A DNA stretch of 64,000 nucleotides from Trueperaceae bacterium (GTDB lineage Bacteria; Deinococcota; Deinococci; Deinococcales; Trueperaceae). Under the pieces are notes generated by a model that saw only the letters and a list, made by a program, of their open reading frames with translations, was not told where the DNA came from and made no database searches. The position numbers were made by a program, and so were the translations under genes. Shown here in pieces: positions 18,776 through 27,796 of the stretch; the stretch's first letter is position 1, and every line of letters begins with the position of its first letter. Location of the stretch: the NCBI GenBank assembly GCA_965213925.1, contig OZ243927.1, positions 3,584,001 through 3,648,000 on the forward strand. The letters are read 5' to 3'.

Positions 18776-19102
18776 ATGGCGATGGAAACCTTGCAGAACC
18801 AAGAGGATTTAGAGAAGATGTTGGCGCGTTCAGAAGAGGAGACGGTCGTGCTTTATAAGCACAGCGCCACCTGCCCCGTCAGCGCCCGCGCCCAGGAGCA
18901 GGTCGTCCCGCTCAAACACGACATGAGCGTCTATTCGGTCGTCGTGCAGTACGCCAGGGACGTGTCCGACGCGGCAGCCCAGACACTAGACGTCACGCAC
19001 CACACGCCGCAGGTCATCGTCATCAAGGGGCGAGAGGCGGTCAAACACTACTCGCACGAGGGCATCTCCACCGAGGTCGTGCGCGAGGCGGCGACCGCCT
19101 GA
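18776..19102 (+). CDS. brxC: Monothiol bacilliredoxin BrxC (YtxJ family)
   Basis: KHSATCPVS, R.VSD..A..L.V.H.TPQV, SH..I motifs; AGGAGG RBS. Confidence 0.85.
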   Translation: MAMETLQNQEDLEKMLARSEEETVVLYKHSATCPVSARAQEQVVPLKHDMSVYSVVVQYARDVSDAAAQTLDVTHHTPQVIVIKGREAVKHYSHEGISTEVVREAATA

Positions 19103-19473
19103 GCTGGAGCGCCGCCTCGCTCTTTCGCCTCCTGCTGGCGCTCTCGTTCGTTCTAGCAGGCGCGAATCACTTCGTTAGCCCCGAACTTTACCTCAGCATC
19201 ATGCCGCCCTATCTGCCTGCCCCGCTCGCGCTCGTCTATCTGAGCGGGGCATTCGAGGTGTTGGGCGGCGTCGGCTTGCTCATGCCGCGTTTTAGAAGGG
19301 CGGCGGGGTGGGGGCTCATCGCGCTGCTCGTCGCGGTGTTCCCGGCGAACCTCTACATGGTTACGGCGAGCGGACCCTTCACCGCGCAGGGGATTCCGCT
19401 GTGGGCACTCTACGCGCGGCTGCCCTTGCAACTCGTTCTCATCGCTTGGGTTTACTGGACGATGCAGCGGTAG
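19099..19473 (+). CDS. DoxX-family membrane protein (probable CTG start)
   Basis: LLALSFVLAGANHF..P..Y..IMPPYLP..LVYLSG.FE.LGG..AVFPAN..RLPLQ; the in-frame homology begins upstream of the first ATG (19201). Confidence 0.8.
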   Translation: MSWSAASLFRLLLALSFVLAGANHFVSPELYLSIMPPYLPAPLALVYLSGAFEVLGGVGLLMPRFRRAAGWGLIALLVAVFPANLYMVTASGPFTAQGIPLWALYARLPLQLVLIAWVYWTMQR

Positions 19474-19474
19474 C

Positions 19475-20467
19475 TCAGAGCGGTGGCAACGTCGCGGCGT
19501 AACTCCGCACGCAGTTTCTGCCCGCGTGTTTCGCTTCGTAGAGGGCGCGGTCCGCTTGGTCTACAAAGATTTCTAAGTTGTCCTTCTGGCGCGGCATGAG
19601 CGCGGCGACGCCGAGGCTGAGGGTGACGTTGGGTCCGTACGGTGAGCAGTCGTGCGGCAATTGCAGCGCTTCGACGCTCGAGCGCAACTTCTCCGCCACC
19701 ACCTCCGCGCCGCGGATGTCGGTGTTAGGCAGAACGACGGCGAACTCTTCGCCGCCGTAACGGGCGATCAAGTCGCCCGCGCGATGCGGGTACTCGGCGA
19801 GCGTCTGCGCCACCGTCCTGAGACATTCGTCGCCCCGCTGGTGCCCGTAACCGTCGTTGTAGGGCTTAAAGGCGTCGATGTCGCACAGGATGAGCGCGAG
19901 CGAGGTCCCTTGGCGCACGGCGCGCCGCCATTCGGTTCCCAACACCTCGTCGAAGCGCCGCCGGTTGGCGATGCCCGTGAGACTGTCTAAAAAGGAGAGG
20001 GACTCGAGCTGGGCGTTCGCCTCCCTAAGTTCCGCCATAAGACTCTCCAGCTCCCGCTCGCGGGCTTTGCGCAGGTCCATTTCGCGCTTGAGTTGCAAGG
20101 CGGCGCGGACCCTGGCACTCAGCTCGGCTTTGCTGGGCGGCTTGATGATGTAGTCGTTGACGCCCGCTGAGAACGCCTCCTCGAGCGTCTCCAGGTCGTG
20201 GCTCGCAGTAATGATAATGATGGAGATATCTTTGAGGTGCGCCTCGCGCTTGAGAACCGCGCACGCCTCGACGCCGCTCAGCTTGGGCATGTTCTTGTCG
20301 AGCAGGATGAGATCGACCTCTTCGGCTACGCCCGGACCTTTCGCCCTCAAAAAGTCGAAGAGCTGATGCGCCCCTTCGAAGCTGCACACGTCTGTATGGC
20401 CGACCTCTTGTAAGACGGTGCCGAGCACGCGGCGCTGCGAAGGGGAGTCGTCGACGATGAGGATCAT
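19475..20467 (-). CDS. Response regulator diguanylate cyclase (REC-GGDEF)
   Basis: REC (IVDDS..LILLDKNMP), DSLTGIANRR, DIDAFKPYND.YGH, RAGD I-site, RYGGEEF. Confidence 0.93.
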   Translation of the reverse strand: MILIVDDSPSQRRVLGTVLQEVGHTDVCSFEGAHQLFDFLRAKGPGVAEEVDLILLDKNMPKLSGVEACAVLKREAHLKDISIIIITASHDLETLEEAFSAGVNDYIIKPPSKAELSARVRAALQLKREMDLRKARERELESLMAELREANAQLESLSFLDSLTGIANRRRFDEVLGTEWRRAVRQGTSLALILCDIDAFKPYNDGYGHQRGDECLRTVAQTLAEYPHRAGDLIARYGGEEFAVVLPNTDIRGAEVVAEKLRSSVEALQLPHDCSPYGPNVTLSLGVAALMPRQKDNLEIFVDQADRALYEAKHAGRNCVRSYAATLPPL

Positions 20468-20593
20468 GACGTGCGCGCGGCGCGGTGCGGCAAGGTCGTT
20501 TGTGTTGAAGAGGGAAGATAAACCATAAAGTAGTTCAATCTACCCAATCTTCCGCGGGGTACACCGCTAAATAATTCACGCTCCTACAAACTG

Positions 20594-21703
20594 TTAGGTT
20601 TGAACACGCCGCTGGGCCACCTCGCTCCACACGCGCTCCGGCAACGGGTGCACGCCCGCCCGCCAGTCCGCGCCCTCCGAGACGCAGAAGCCGAGCCCCG
20701 CGACCATCACCGCCAAGGTCACGTCGAAGGCGTTCAAGCTGTCGCCGTGCCCCGCGGTGAGGTTCGCCATCGAGCCGCCCGCGAAGAGGTAGAGCGTCTC
20801 GCCGTCCACCTCACACGCTTCCACGAAGGGGATGACCCCCCGCCGCTCCCCGAGTGCAGACACGTCAATCTCGTCCACGACGTGACCGACGTTGAGCAGA
20901 AAGCAGCCCGGTTTGAGCCGCTGGATGACCTCTCGGTCGACCACGCCGGGGACACCCGTCGCGCTCACCATGACGTCGGCGCGTTCGGCGAGCGCCAGCG
21001 CCTCCCCCGTGTGCCAGCCCGCATACATCGCCTCTAACCGCTTCGCCGGGTTCCGCTCGACCACGCTGACCGCGCCGCCGAACGCGCGCGCCGCCGCCGC
21101 GACCCCTTGCCCCACCAGGCCATAGCCGATGACGACGACGTGTTTGCCGTGGAGCGACAGCTGCGTACGCTCGCAAAAGGTCTGCCAGGTCGAGAGCCCG
21201 ACTAGGTAGCGGTTGTGGAGCCCCTCTTTGATCGGCAGGTCATCCCAGTTGAAGACGGGGTAGCGCACCTCGACCCCTCGCAGGCGGCTGATGCCCGAGC
21301 CCGTCGCCTCCAGACCAGCGCAAATAGAAGTCTCCCCCTTTTCGTGCGCCGCCACCGTGAGGTCCGCGCCCATCTCGCAGGTGTGGGTGGGGTGAAACCC
21401 CAACGCCCGCTCGACCCCCTCTTCCATATCCGTCCCACTCATCCCCTGCCAAGCGTGAGCGGCCGCGCCCTTCGCTTCTAAATACCTCACGACCTCATCT
21501 CGCACGGTCGTTTTGTTGCACGTCGCCAAGAAGAGGTCGGCACCTCTCGCCAAACACGCCTCTAACGCAGGGATCATCTTGAGGTCTAGGTGGACGGAAC
21601 AGGCGAGGCGCGCCCCGCTAAGCTCGGGCAACCGCTCGCACGCGAGGCGCGTCAGCGGCATGTTGCGCCGCGCCCAAGCGAGCGAGCTTTCGAAGTCCGC
21701 CAC
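20594..21703 (-). CDS. Adenosylhomocysteinase-like NAD-binding protein (divergent)
   Basis: WARRNMP, L.G.RLACSVH, VIGYGLVGQG, ATG, NVGH..EID; several AhcY catalytic motifs are altered. Confidence 0.8.
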   Translation of the reverse strand: MADFESSLAWARRNMPLTRLACERLPELSGARLACSVHLDLKMIPALEACLARGADLFLATCNKTTVRDEVVRYLEAKGAAAHAWQGMSGTDMEEGVERALGFHPTHTCEMGADLTVAAHEKGETSICAGLEATGSGISRLRGVEVRYPVFNWDDLPIKEGLHNRYLVGLSTWQTFCERTQLSLHGKHVVVIGYGLVGQGVAAAARAFGGAVSVVERNPAKRLEAMYAGWHTGEALALAERADVMVSATGVPGVVDREVIQRLKPGCFLLNVGHVVDEIDVSALGERRGVIPFVEACEVDGETLYLFAGGSMANLTAGHGDSLNAFDVTLAVMVAGLGFCVSEGADWRAGVHPLPERVWSEVAQRRVQT

Positions 21704-21706
21704 GGG

Positions 21707-22123
21707 CTATTCGCCGTGAACTGTGACGGTGATCTTCCTGCTCCCGCCCCTTTCGCGGTGCTCGCAGAGATAGATTCCTTGCCACGTGCCGAGCACCGGC
21801 TTGCCGTCTCTGATCGGGATGGAGAGCGAAAAGCCTAAGAGCGACGCTTTGATGTGGGCGGGCATGTCGTCCGGACCCTCTAGGGTGTGCTGAAAGTAGT
21901 CAGCGCCGTCAGGAACCATCCGCCGGAAGTGCCGCTCGAAATCGCCGCGCACGTCCGATGAGGCGTTTTCGTTCAGGGTCAGGCTCGCCGACGTGTGCTG
22001 GATAAAGAGGTGCATCAAGCCAACGCTGACGCCCAGCTCGAGCTGATCAAGCACCTCATCGGTCACGAGGTGGAAACCGCGGTTTTTAGGACTGAGTTGG
22101 ACAGTTTGCTGAGACCAAGGCAT
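21707..22123 (-). CDS. yjbQ: YjbQ/UPF0047 family protein
   Basis: [41 protein letters not shown]. Confidence 0.92.
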   Translation of the reverse strand: MPWSQQTVQLSPKNRGFHLVTDEVLDQLELGVSVGLMHLFIQHTSASLTLNENASSDVRGDFERHFRRMVPDGADYFQHTLEGPDDMPAHIKASLLGFSLSIPIRDGKPVLGTWQGIYLCEHRERGGSRKITVTVHGE

Positions 22124-22239
22124 CCCTTATTGTGTCACGTGGAAGGCTCGAGAACAATCGGCAACCTGGAAGAAGCGGCGCGTAGGGTTTTATGCATAAA
22201 TACCAGCGCAAAGCCCTAAAGTACGCTATGCTTAAAGAC

Positions 22240-23157
22240 GTGAACAGTTCTACAACTTCGCCACGCATCGGCGTGGCGCTCGGGGGCGGCAGCGCTCGCG
22301 GCTTCGCGCATATCGGCGCGCTCGCCAGCTTGGAGAAGCACGGCCTCACGCCCGACGTGGTCGCAGGTACGAGCTTCGGCGCGATCATCGGGGCGCTCTA
22401 CGCTTCGGGTAAGAGCACCGAAGAGATACAAGAGGTCGCGAACAGCTTTCGCAAACGCGACATGCCCTCGATCATCGACTTCGGTCTGCACCGGGCGGCG
22501 CTCTTCTCCGGGGACAAGCTCGAGACCTTTTTAGAGACCCTCGTCGAAGGTCGTCACTTCAGCGACTTGGAGCGCGAATTCGTCGTTGTCACGACCGACC
22601 TCGACACGGGTGAAAGCGTCACCTTGAGCGAGGGGCCGCTCGCGCCCGCGCTGCGGGCGAGTTCAGCGATGCCGGGTGTGTTCTCGCCCGTTGAGATAGA
22701 CGGGCGGCGGCTCGTAGACGGCGGTCTCGGCTCGCCCATCCCGCTGGATACACTGAGCGAGTTAGAGGTCGATATCGCTATCGGCATCGGCGCGGGGCTC
22801 GAGTGCAGCGAGTCCGCCGCGATCCGCTTTGCGCAGCGCTGCCTGGAGACCGAGTGGGGGCAGCGCCTCTACAAAGGGCTGCGCGACGGACCCGGCGAGC
22901 ACCCCTTGCAGCTCTTAGGTCGCTCCTTCGCGCACAGCATGACCGCGTGGCAAACCGATATGACCCTAGACGAGGACGCGCTACACGTGCACACCAAACC
23001 GCCTATCAACTGGTTCAACTTCCACCGGGCAGCCGAAGCGATCGAAGCGGGCGAGGCGGCGCTGGAGCAGTTCGTGCCCAAAATTCGCAGCGCCGTCGAA
23101 GCCTTTCACGATTCTGAAGTGGAAGAGCCTGACGTGATAACGGTAAAGACTCAGTAG
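22240..23157 (+). CDS. Patatin-like phospholipase
   Basis: GGGSARG, GTSFG, DGG; start placed at the GTG 7 nt after TATGCT. Confidence 0.9.
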   Translation: MNSSTTSPRIGVALGGGSARGFAHIGALASLEKHGLTPDVVAGTSFGAIIGALYASGKSTEEIQEVANSFRKRDMPSIIDFGLHRAALFSGDKLETFLETLVEGRHFSDLEREFVVVTTDLDTGESVTLSEGPLAPALRASSAMPGVFSPVEIDGRRLVDGGLGSPIPLDTLSELEVDIAIGIGAGLECSESAAIRFAQRCLETEWGQRLYKGLRDGPGEHPLQLLGRSFAHSMTAWQTDMTLDEDALHVHTKPPINWFNFHRAAEAIEAGEAALEQFVPKIRSAVEAFHDSEVEEPDVITVKTQ

Positions 23158-23185
23158 AGAAGCGAGGCACAGGAAGGACTGGGTA

Positions 23186-23410
23186 CACTGTTAATTAAGG
23201 AATGCAATGTTGTTGTCACCCTGTTCACGAAGTCAGACGAAGTCCGGCGGGTCCGCTTCGCGGGAGGCAAGCCGATCCGAACGGAGTGAGAACAATGATG
23301 GCGTAAGGGTCTCGTCATTTCCTTCTCTATCAGAGGAGTCAGTAAGGTCAGAGATTCTTACGCTCCACTGCGTTCCGCTCAGAATGACATCACTCGTTTT
23401 TTAGCTAACA
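23186..23410 (+). mobile_element. MITE-like ~200 bp repeat, copy 1 (right end abuts IS982)
   Basis: TA|CACTGTTAATTAA..TGTCACCCTGTTCACG..GAGATTCTT..CCGCTCAGAATGACA..TTAGCTAACA; homologous to 49722-49921 and 50833-51043. Confidence 0.75.
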
Positions 23411-24404
23411 AACCTAAGTTCGAAGTCAAATCAGGACAGGGAGAGGGTCAATGTCAGCTCCCAGATTCAGCGAAGGCTTCTTGGGCTGGTGCTGATAGGC
23501 GATGAGTCCAGCGATGAGATTGACAGCAAAGTTAGCAGGCTTTCGGTGTCTGGTGTGCTCAATCTGCGAGATATTCTTGAGCTGATCGTTCACCGTTTCG
23601 ATCCAGTCAAGCTGGACGAACGGTGATGAACCGCTTGCGCAGGAGAATCTTGTCCTCAAGCTTCAGCGCGCTTTTCATGTTCTTGCGGATGGTCGTGATG
23701 AGTTCTATGCCTTGCTCAAAGAACTTTTCGAAGAGGTCTTGTGAGAGATAACCCTTGTCACCGAAAAGCTTACCGAACAGGTTTTGCGTAAGTACACCGA
23801 GCGGCTTGCGATCATCCGTATCGCCAGGCGTTAGGTAGACGGCGAGCAGTTCACCCTTATCGTTGATGATGAGATGCAGCTCGAAACCATAGAACCAACC
23901 CATGCCGGTACAGCCACGCGCTGCTAAGCCTGCAAAGACCTTGTTGCGTTCAATACGTTTGTTGTGGCGCACTGCCACATGCGTGCTATCTACAAAGCTG
24001 ATACCTGTTACTTCACCTATACTCGCTCGCAGATAGGCGCAAAGCGGCAGCAAAACCTCTGAGGTCAGTTCTACAAAGCGCGAGTACGATACCAGTGCTG
24101 GAAACTCACCTTTAAGCTGCTTGCACACGTGTTTCTGGTAGTGGCTCTTGAAGTCTCGGTAGCCTGAACTGTGAAAGTGAATCATGATCGTCATCACTTC
24201 GCTTACGCTCAAGCGGCACTTAGGACCACGCTTTCTACTCTCAGCAAGCTGCTGTTTATGTGCCCAGAGCGCGAAGCCTCTGCAGAAGTCATCCACCTCG
24301 CAGAACAATTCTAGTAAACTCGTCCTAAGCATCTCCTTTTTTGAGCCTTCAACACCCTCATTCTAGGAGATGCTTATGCTATTTGGAAACTCCGAACTTA
24401 GGTT
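23411..24404 (-). mobile_element. IS982-family insertion sequence (994 bp)
   Basis: 16-bp TIRs AACCTAAGTTCGAAGT / AACCTAAGTTCGGAGT enclosing a transposase; no target duplication recognised. Confidence 0.9.
23426..24332 (-). pseudogene. IS982-family DDE transposase, disrupted
   Basis: FC.VDDF, SYSRFV, FVDST, GWFYGF.LH, GDKGY, IETV..QLK motifs; a 22-bp insertion (23603-23624) adds a stop and shifts the frame. Confidence 0.88.
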
Positions 24405-24461
24405 ATGTAAGATTTCTTTCACGCTCGCGTCTCAAGCGTGCCCCTATCATGCCCAATACAC

Positions 24462-24490
24462 TGCACTTCGCCTATGTCGGGCGAAGTGCA
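24462..24490. terminator. Hairpin downstream of the alkene reductase gene
   Basis: TGCACTTCGCC-N7-GGCGAAGTGCA. Confidence 0.5.
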
Positions 24491-24563
24491 AACTAGTTAT
24501 CTAATTGTAGAAGCTTGGCTCTGCCGATCTTTCGCAGCGGTCACGCTAAGATTTTAAGACACG

Positions 24564-25634
24564 TCATGCTGTCTGTGGCTGGCGCTCGAGCGCCGGATAA
24601 TCGGTATATCCCTCCGCGCCGCCGCCGTAGAACGTTTCTTGGTTCCAGTTGTTGAGCGCTGCGCCTTGCGCGAAGCGCTCGGGCAAATCCGGGTTGGCGA
24701 GGAAGAAGCGCGCATACGCGGTGAGGTCGGCGCGTCCGGCTTGCAACGCCTCTTCACCCGAATCACGGTCATAGCCGCCTGCCACAATGAGCGTGCCACT
24801 ATAGGCGTCACGCAGAAGTTCGGACGCGCTCGTCTCGCCCAAATCCTGTTCGACGCCGTGAACGTAAGCGAGACTGTAACCACTAAGTGCGTCGGCGACG
24901 TAGCGGAAGGTCTCCTGCGGGTTCTCGTCCGACATGTCGTTGAAGGTGCCGCCCGGCGAAAGCCGCACGCCGACGCGCCCAGCGTCCCACACCTCCAAAA
25001 CAGCTCGGGTGACCTCGAGCAGGAGCCTCGAGCGGTTTTCGGCCGAGCCGCCGTAGCGGTCCGTGCGCCTGTTCGTGCCGGTCTGTAAGAACTGGTCTAA
25101 AAGGTAGCCGTTTGCGCCGTGAATCTCGACGCCGTCAAAGCCCGCCGCCTTCGCGTTCTGCGCACCTTGGCGAAACTGGTCCACGACCTCAGCAACCTCG
25201 TCCGTCTCCAGAGCCCTTGGCGTTGTGAACGGCTCCATCGACCCGTCCGCTGTAAAGGTCTGCCCTTCGGGGCGAACGGCGGAGGGCGCGACGGGCGCGT
25301 CACCCCCATGAAAGGACGGATGTGAAATGCGCCCGACGTGCCAAAGCTGTAAGAAGATACGCCCGCCCGCGCCGTGAACGGCGTCCGTAACGCGCTTCCA
25401 GCCGTTAATTTGCGCCTGCGTGTGGATGCCGGGCGTGTTCGGATAGCCCTGACCTAGCGGCGTCACCTGCGTCGCTTCGGTGATGGTGAGCCCTGCGCTC
25501 GAGCGCTGCTCGTAATACGTCGCCATGAGGTCCGTCGGCACAGTATCCGTCGCGCGGTTGCGCGTCATAGGTGCCATCAAAACGCGGTTGGGAAGCTCTA
25601 GGTTGCCGAGTGTGTAGGTCTCGAGTAGTTTCAT
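24564..25634 (-). CDS. Old yellow enzyme / NemA-type alkene reductase
   Basis: MAPMTRNRA, QLWHVGRISH, EIHGANGYLLDQFL, TFYGGG.EGYTDYP. Confidence 0.93.
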   Translation of the reverse strand: MKLLETYTLGNLELPNRVLMAPMTRNRATDTVPTDLMATYYEQRSSAGLTITEATQVTPLGQGYPNTPGIHTQAQINGWKRVTDAVHGAGGRIFLQLWHVGRISHPSFHGGDAPVAPSAVRPEGQTFTADGSMEPFTTPRALETDEVAEVVDQFRQGAQNAKAAGFDGVEIHGANGYLLDQFLQTGTNRRTDRYGGSAENRSRLLLEVTRAVLEVWDAGRVGVRLSPGGTFNDMSDENPQETFRYVADALSGYSLAYVHGVEQDLGETSASELLRDAYSGTLIVAGGYDRDSGEEALQAGRADLTAYARFFLANPDLPERFAQGAALNNWNQETFYGGGAEGYTDYPALERQPQTA

Positions 25635-25859
25635 GCCTCTGAGGATGACGCACATACAGAGAAAGGTTCGTCATTCAAACTACATAAACTATAGCATTAA
25701 GCTAAATATACTGCTTGGGATTCGCACTGATTGCGACAATGATATTAGTGGACCTTGAATAAATTATAGAACCGAAGCTAGGCTCAGTTCGCTCTCGAGC
25801 TGAATCGCTGGACCCCAACTACTGAACGCTGCCCAAGTCGCTCAGGTTCAGGCGGGAGA

Positions 25860-26795
25860 TTAAATCCACTGCATCTCGTCTATCTCTTTCGCCGTCTTCT
25901 TCTCCAGGAGTTGCGCTACCTCAGCCGCATTTGGGATAGCCGAGCGCCCTACACCCGTACAAGAAAGCGCCGCCGTAACCGAGGCGAAAAGCGCGCAGTA
26001 GTCCGCGTCGTAACCGAGCGCCACGCCGTACGCATACGCGCCGTGGAACACGTCGCCCGCGCCTGTCGTATCCACGACGTCAACCGAGAGCGCGGGGACG
26101 TGCCGCGTCCGCCCTCCTTGCTCGAACAAAAAACCTTGCTCGCCCAACGTGACGCCGACGAGTTGCTCGCCGAACTGTTTAAGTTCGGTGAGCGCACCCT
26201 CCGGGTCATCCTTGCCTGAGACTTCGGCGGCGCACTCCTCGGAGACGATGAGGTAGTCCACCAGGCGCGTCAGCGCCCAACTGCGCGCGTTGCTCCAGTC
26301 GCCCACCGTCGGCACGCCCAAACGCCGCGCCTCCTGGAGCACCGCTCCGTTCATCTCAGGGTGACGCCCGTCGGTGAGGACGCAGCTTACGTCCGCCAAA
26401 CTCTCGTAAGCCCACCCTTCTGCCTTATCCACCAAGTTCTCGCCACGATAGGGGAAGATGTGGCGCTCGCCTGTAGGGTCAACGAGCACAGCGCTGACGA
26501 AAGTTTTGGCATTAGGGAGGGTGCGGAGTTGGATGCAGTTGACACCGGCTTGCTCCAACTCCTCCCGCGCTACACGTCCATTCACATCGTCGCCGTGCAG
26601 CGCCCACAGCTCAACGTTCGCGCCGAGCTTCGCCGCCGTCACTGCCGCCGTCGCCCCTGCACCGCCGCCTTGCACGTGATAACCAAGAGCGTGCGTGCGC
26701 GAATGCTCGGGCGGGAAGTGCGCGACTTGCCAAATATGGTCCAAGCAGGAGAGACCCGCGACGAGAAGCTTGGGACCGGCTGGCTCCAACGTCAT
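25860..26795 (-). CDS. PfkB-family sugar kinase (YihV/ketohexokinase-like)
   Basis: GGGAGATAAV..AKLG, VTLGEQG, VDTTGAGDVFHGAY. Confidence 0.88.
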   Translation of the reverse strand: MTLEPAGPKLLVAGLSCLDHIWQVAHFPPEHSRTHALGYHVQGGGAGATAAVTAAKLGANVELWALHGDDVNGRVAREELEQAGVNCIQLRTLPNAKTFVSAVLVDPTGERHIFPYRGENLVDKAEGWAYESLADVSCVLTDGRHPEMNGAVLQEARRLGVPTVGDWSNARSWALTRLVDYLIVSEECAAEVSGKDDPEGALTELKQFGEQLVGVTLGEQGFLFEQGGRTRHVPALSVDVVDTTGAGDVFHGAYAYGVALGYDADYCALFASVTAALSCTGVGRSAIPNAAEVAQLLEKKTAKEIDEMQWI

Positions 26796-27682
26796 CCTTT
26801 GACCCCACCCGCCGTGAGCCCGCTGATAATGCGCTGCTGAAAGAAGATGATGAGCACGACTAGGGGTACGATGCCGAGCGTCACCGCTGCGCTAATCACC
26901 GCCCAGGGAAAGGCGAATTCGCCCTGATAGAAGGTGATGCCGACGGGCACAGTGCGCATCTCTAAAGCCGTGTTAAAGGTCAGCGCTAACAAAAACTCAT
27001 TCCATGAGTTCACAAAGACGATGATACCCGCTGTGACGATGCCGGGCGCGGATAAAGGCATGATGATGCGGAAGAGCGCGCCGACGCGCGTGCAACCGTC
27101 TACCGTCGCCGCGCTCTCCAAATCGCCGGGGATGAGCTGGAAGAAACTCGTCAAAATCAGCGTCGCAATCGGCAAGCTGAGCGCTACGTAAGGGATGATG
27201 AGCGCCCAGTACGTGTTGAGCAAGTTCGGCGTCGAGACGCTCTCCGGCAGGAAGAAGAAGCCGTCCAACCAGGGCAAATCCACGCCGCTGAAGAGGCGGT
27301 AGAGCGGCACGAGCAACACGAGCGCGGGGAACATGCTTGTCATCACGATACCCGTCATGATGATGCGCCGCCCAGGAAGCCGCAGCCGCCCGAGCGCGTA
27401 GCCCGCTAGCGCCGCGAAGAGCACGCAGAGCGCCGTCGCGCCGAGAGATACGACGAACGAGTTGCGCAAAAAGAGGACGAACGGGTTACGCGAGAAGACC
27501 TGCTCGTAGTTTCTCAAGGTGAGCGTCTCGGGAAGGTAGGTGATGGGCAACCGGGTCAACTCCCCATCCGGCTTGAGCGAGGTCAAAAAGAGCCACACCG
27601 CCGGGAAAAAGCCGTTGATGATGACCAACACGAGGGCGAGGGTGATAAAGATGCGATTAGCCATGCTCGGTTCACGGCTCAT
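26792..27682 (-). CDS. Carbohydrate ABC transporter permease (MalG-like)
   Basis: TSLKP, LESAATVDG EAA loop, WNEFL. Confidence 0.92.
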   Translation of the reverse strand: MSREPSMANRIFITLALVLVIINGFFPAVWLFLTSLKPDGELTRLPITYLPETLTLRNYEQVFSRNPFVLFLRNSFVVSLGATALCVLFAALAGYALGRLRLPGRRIIMTGIVMTSMFPALVLLVPLYRLFSGVDLPWLDGFFFLPESVSTPNLLNTYWALIIPYVALSLPIATLILTSFFQLIPGDLESAATVDGCTRVGALFRIIMPLSAPGIVTAGIIVFVNSWNEFLLALTFNTALEMRTVPVGITFYQGEFAFPWAVISAAVTLGIVPLVVLIIFFQQRIISGLTAGGVKG

Positions 27683-27764
27683 CGTTGCACCGAAAGGGAG
27701 GTGAAAGGAAGAGAAATAGAGCAAAGAAGCTGGAACGTAGAGGACATGACCGTTGAACGCCCAA

Positions 27765-27789
27765 TTCTGACTTCTGACTTCTGACTTCT
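27765..27789. repeat. Heptamer tandem repeat (TTCTGAC)x3.5
   Basis: ttctgacttctgacttctgacttct between the two permease genes. Confidence 0.7.
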
Positions 27790-27796
27790 CATCTTC

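Noticed and set aside
23207..23404. 65-aa ORF, and the similar 74-aa ORF at 49738-49962
   Set aside because: Both are translations of the MITE-like repeat; their similarity reflects the DNA repeat
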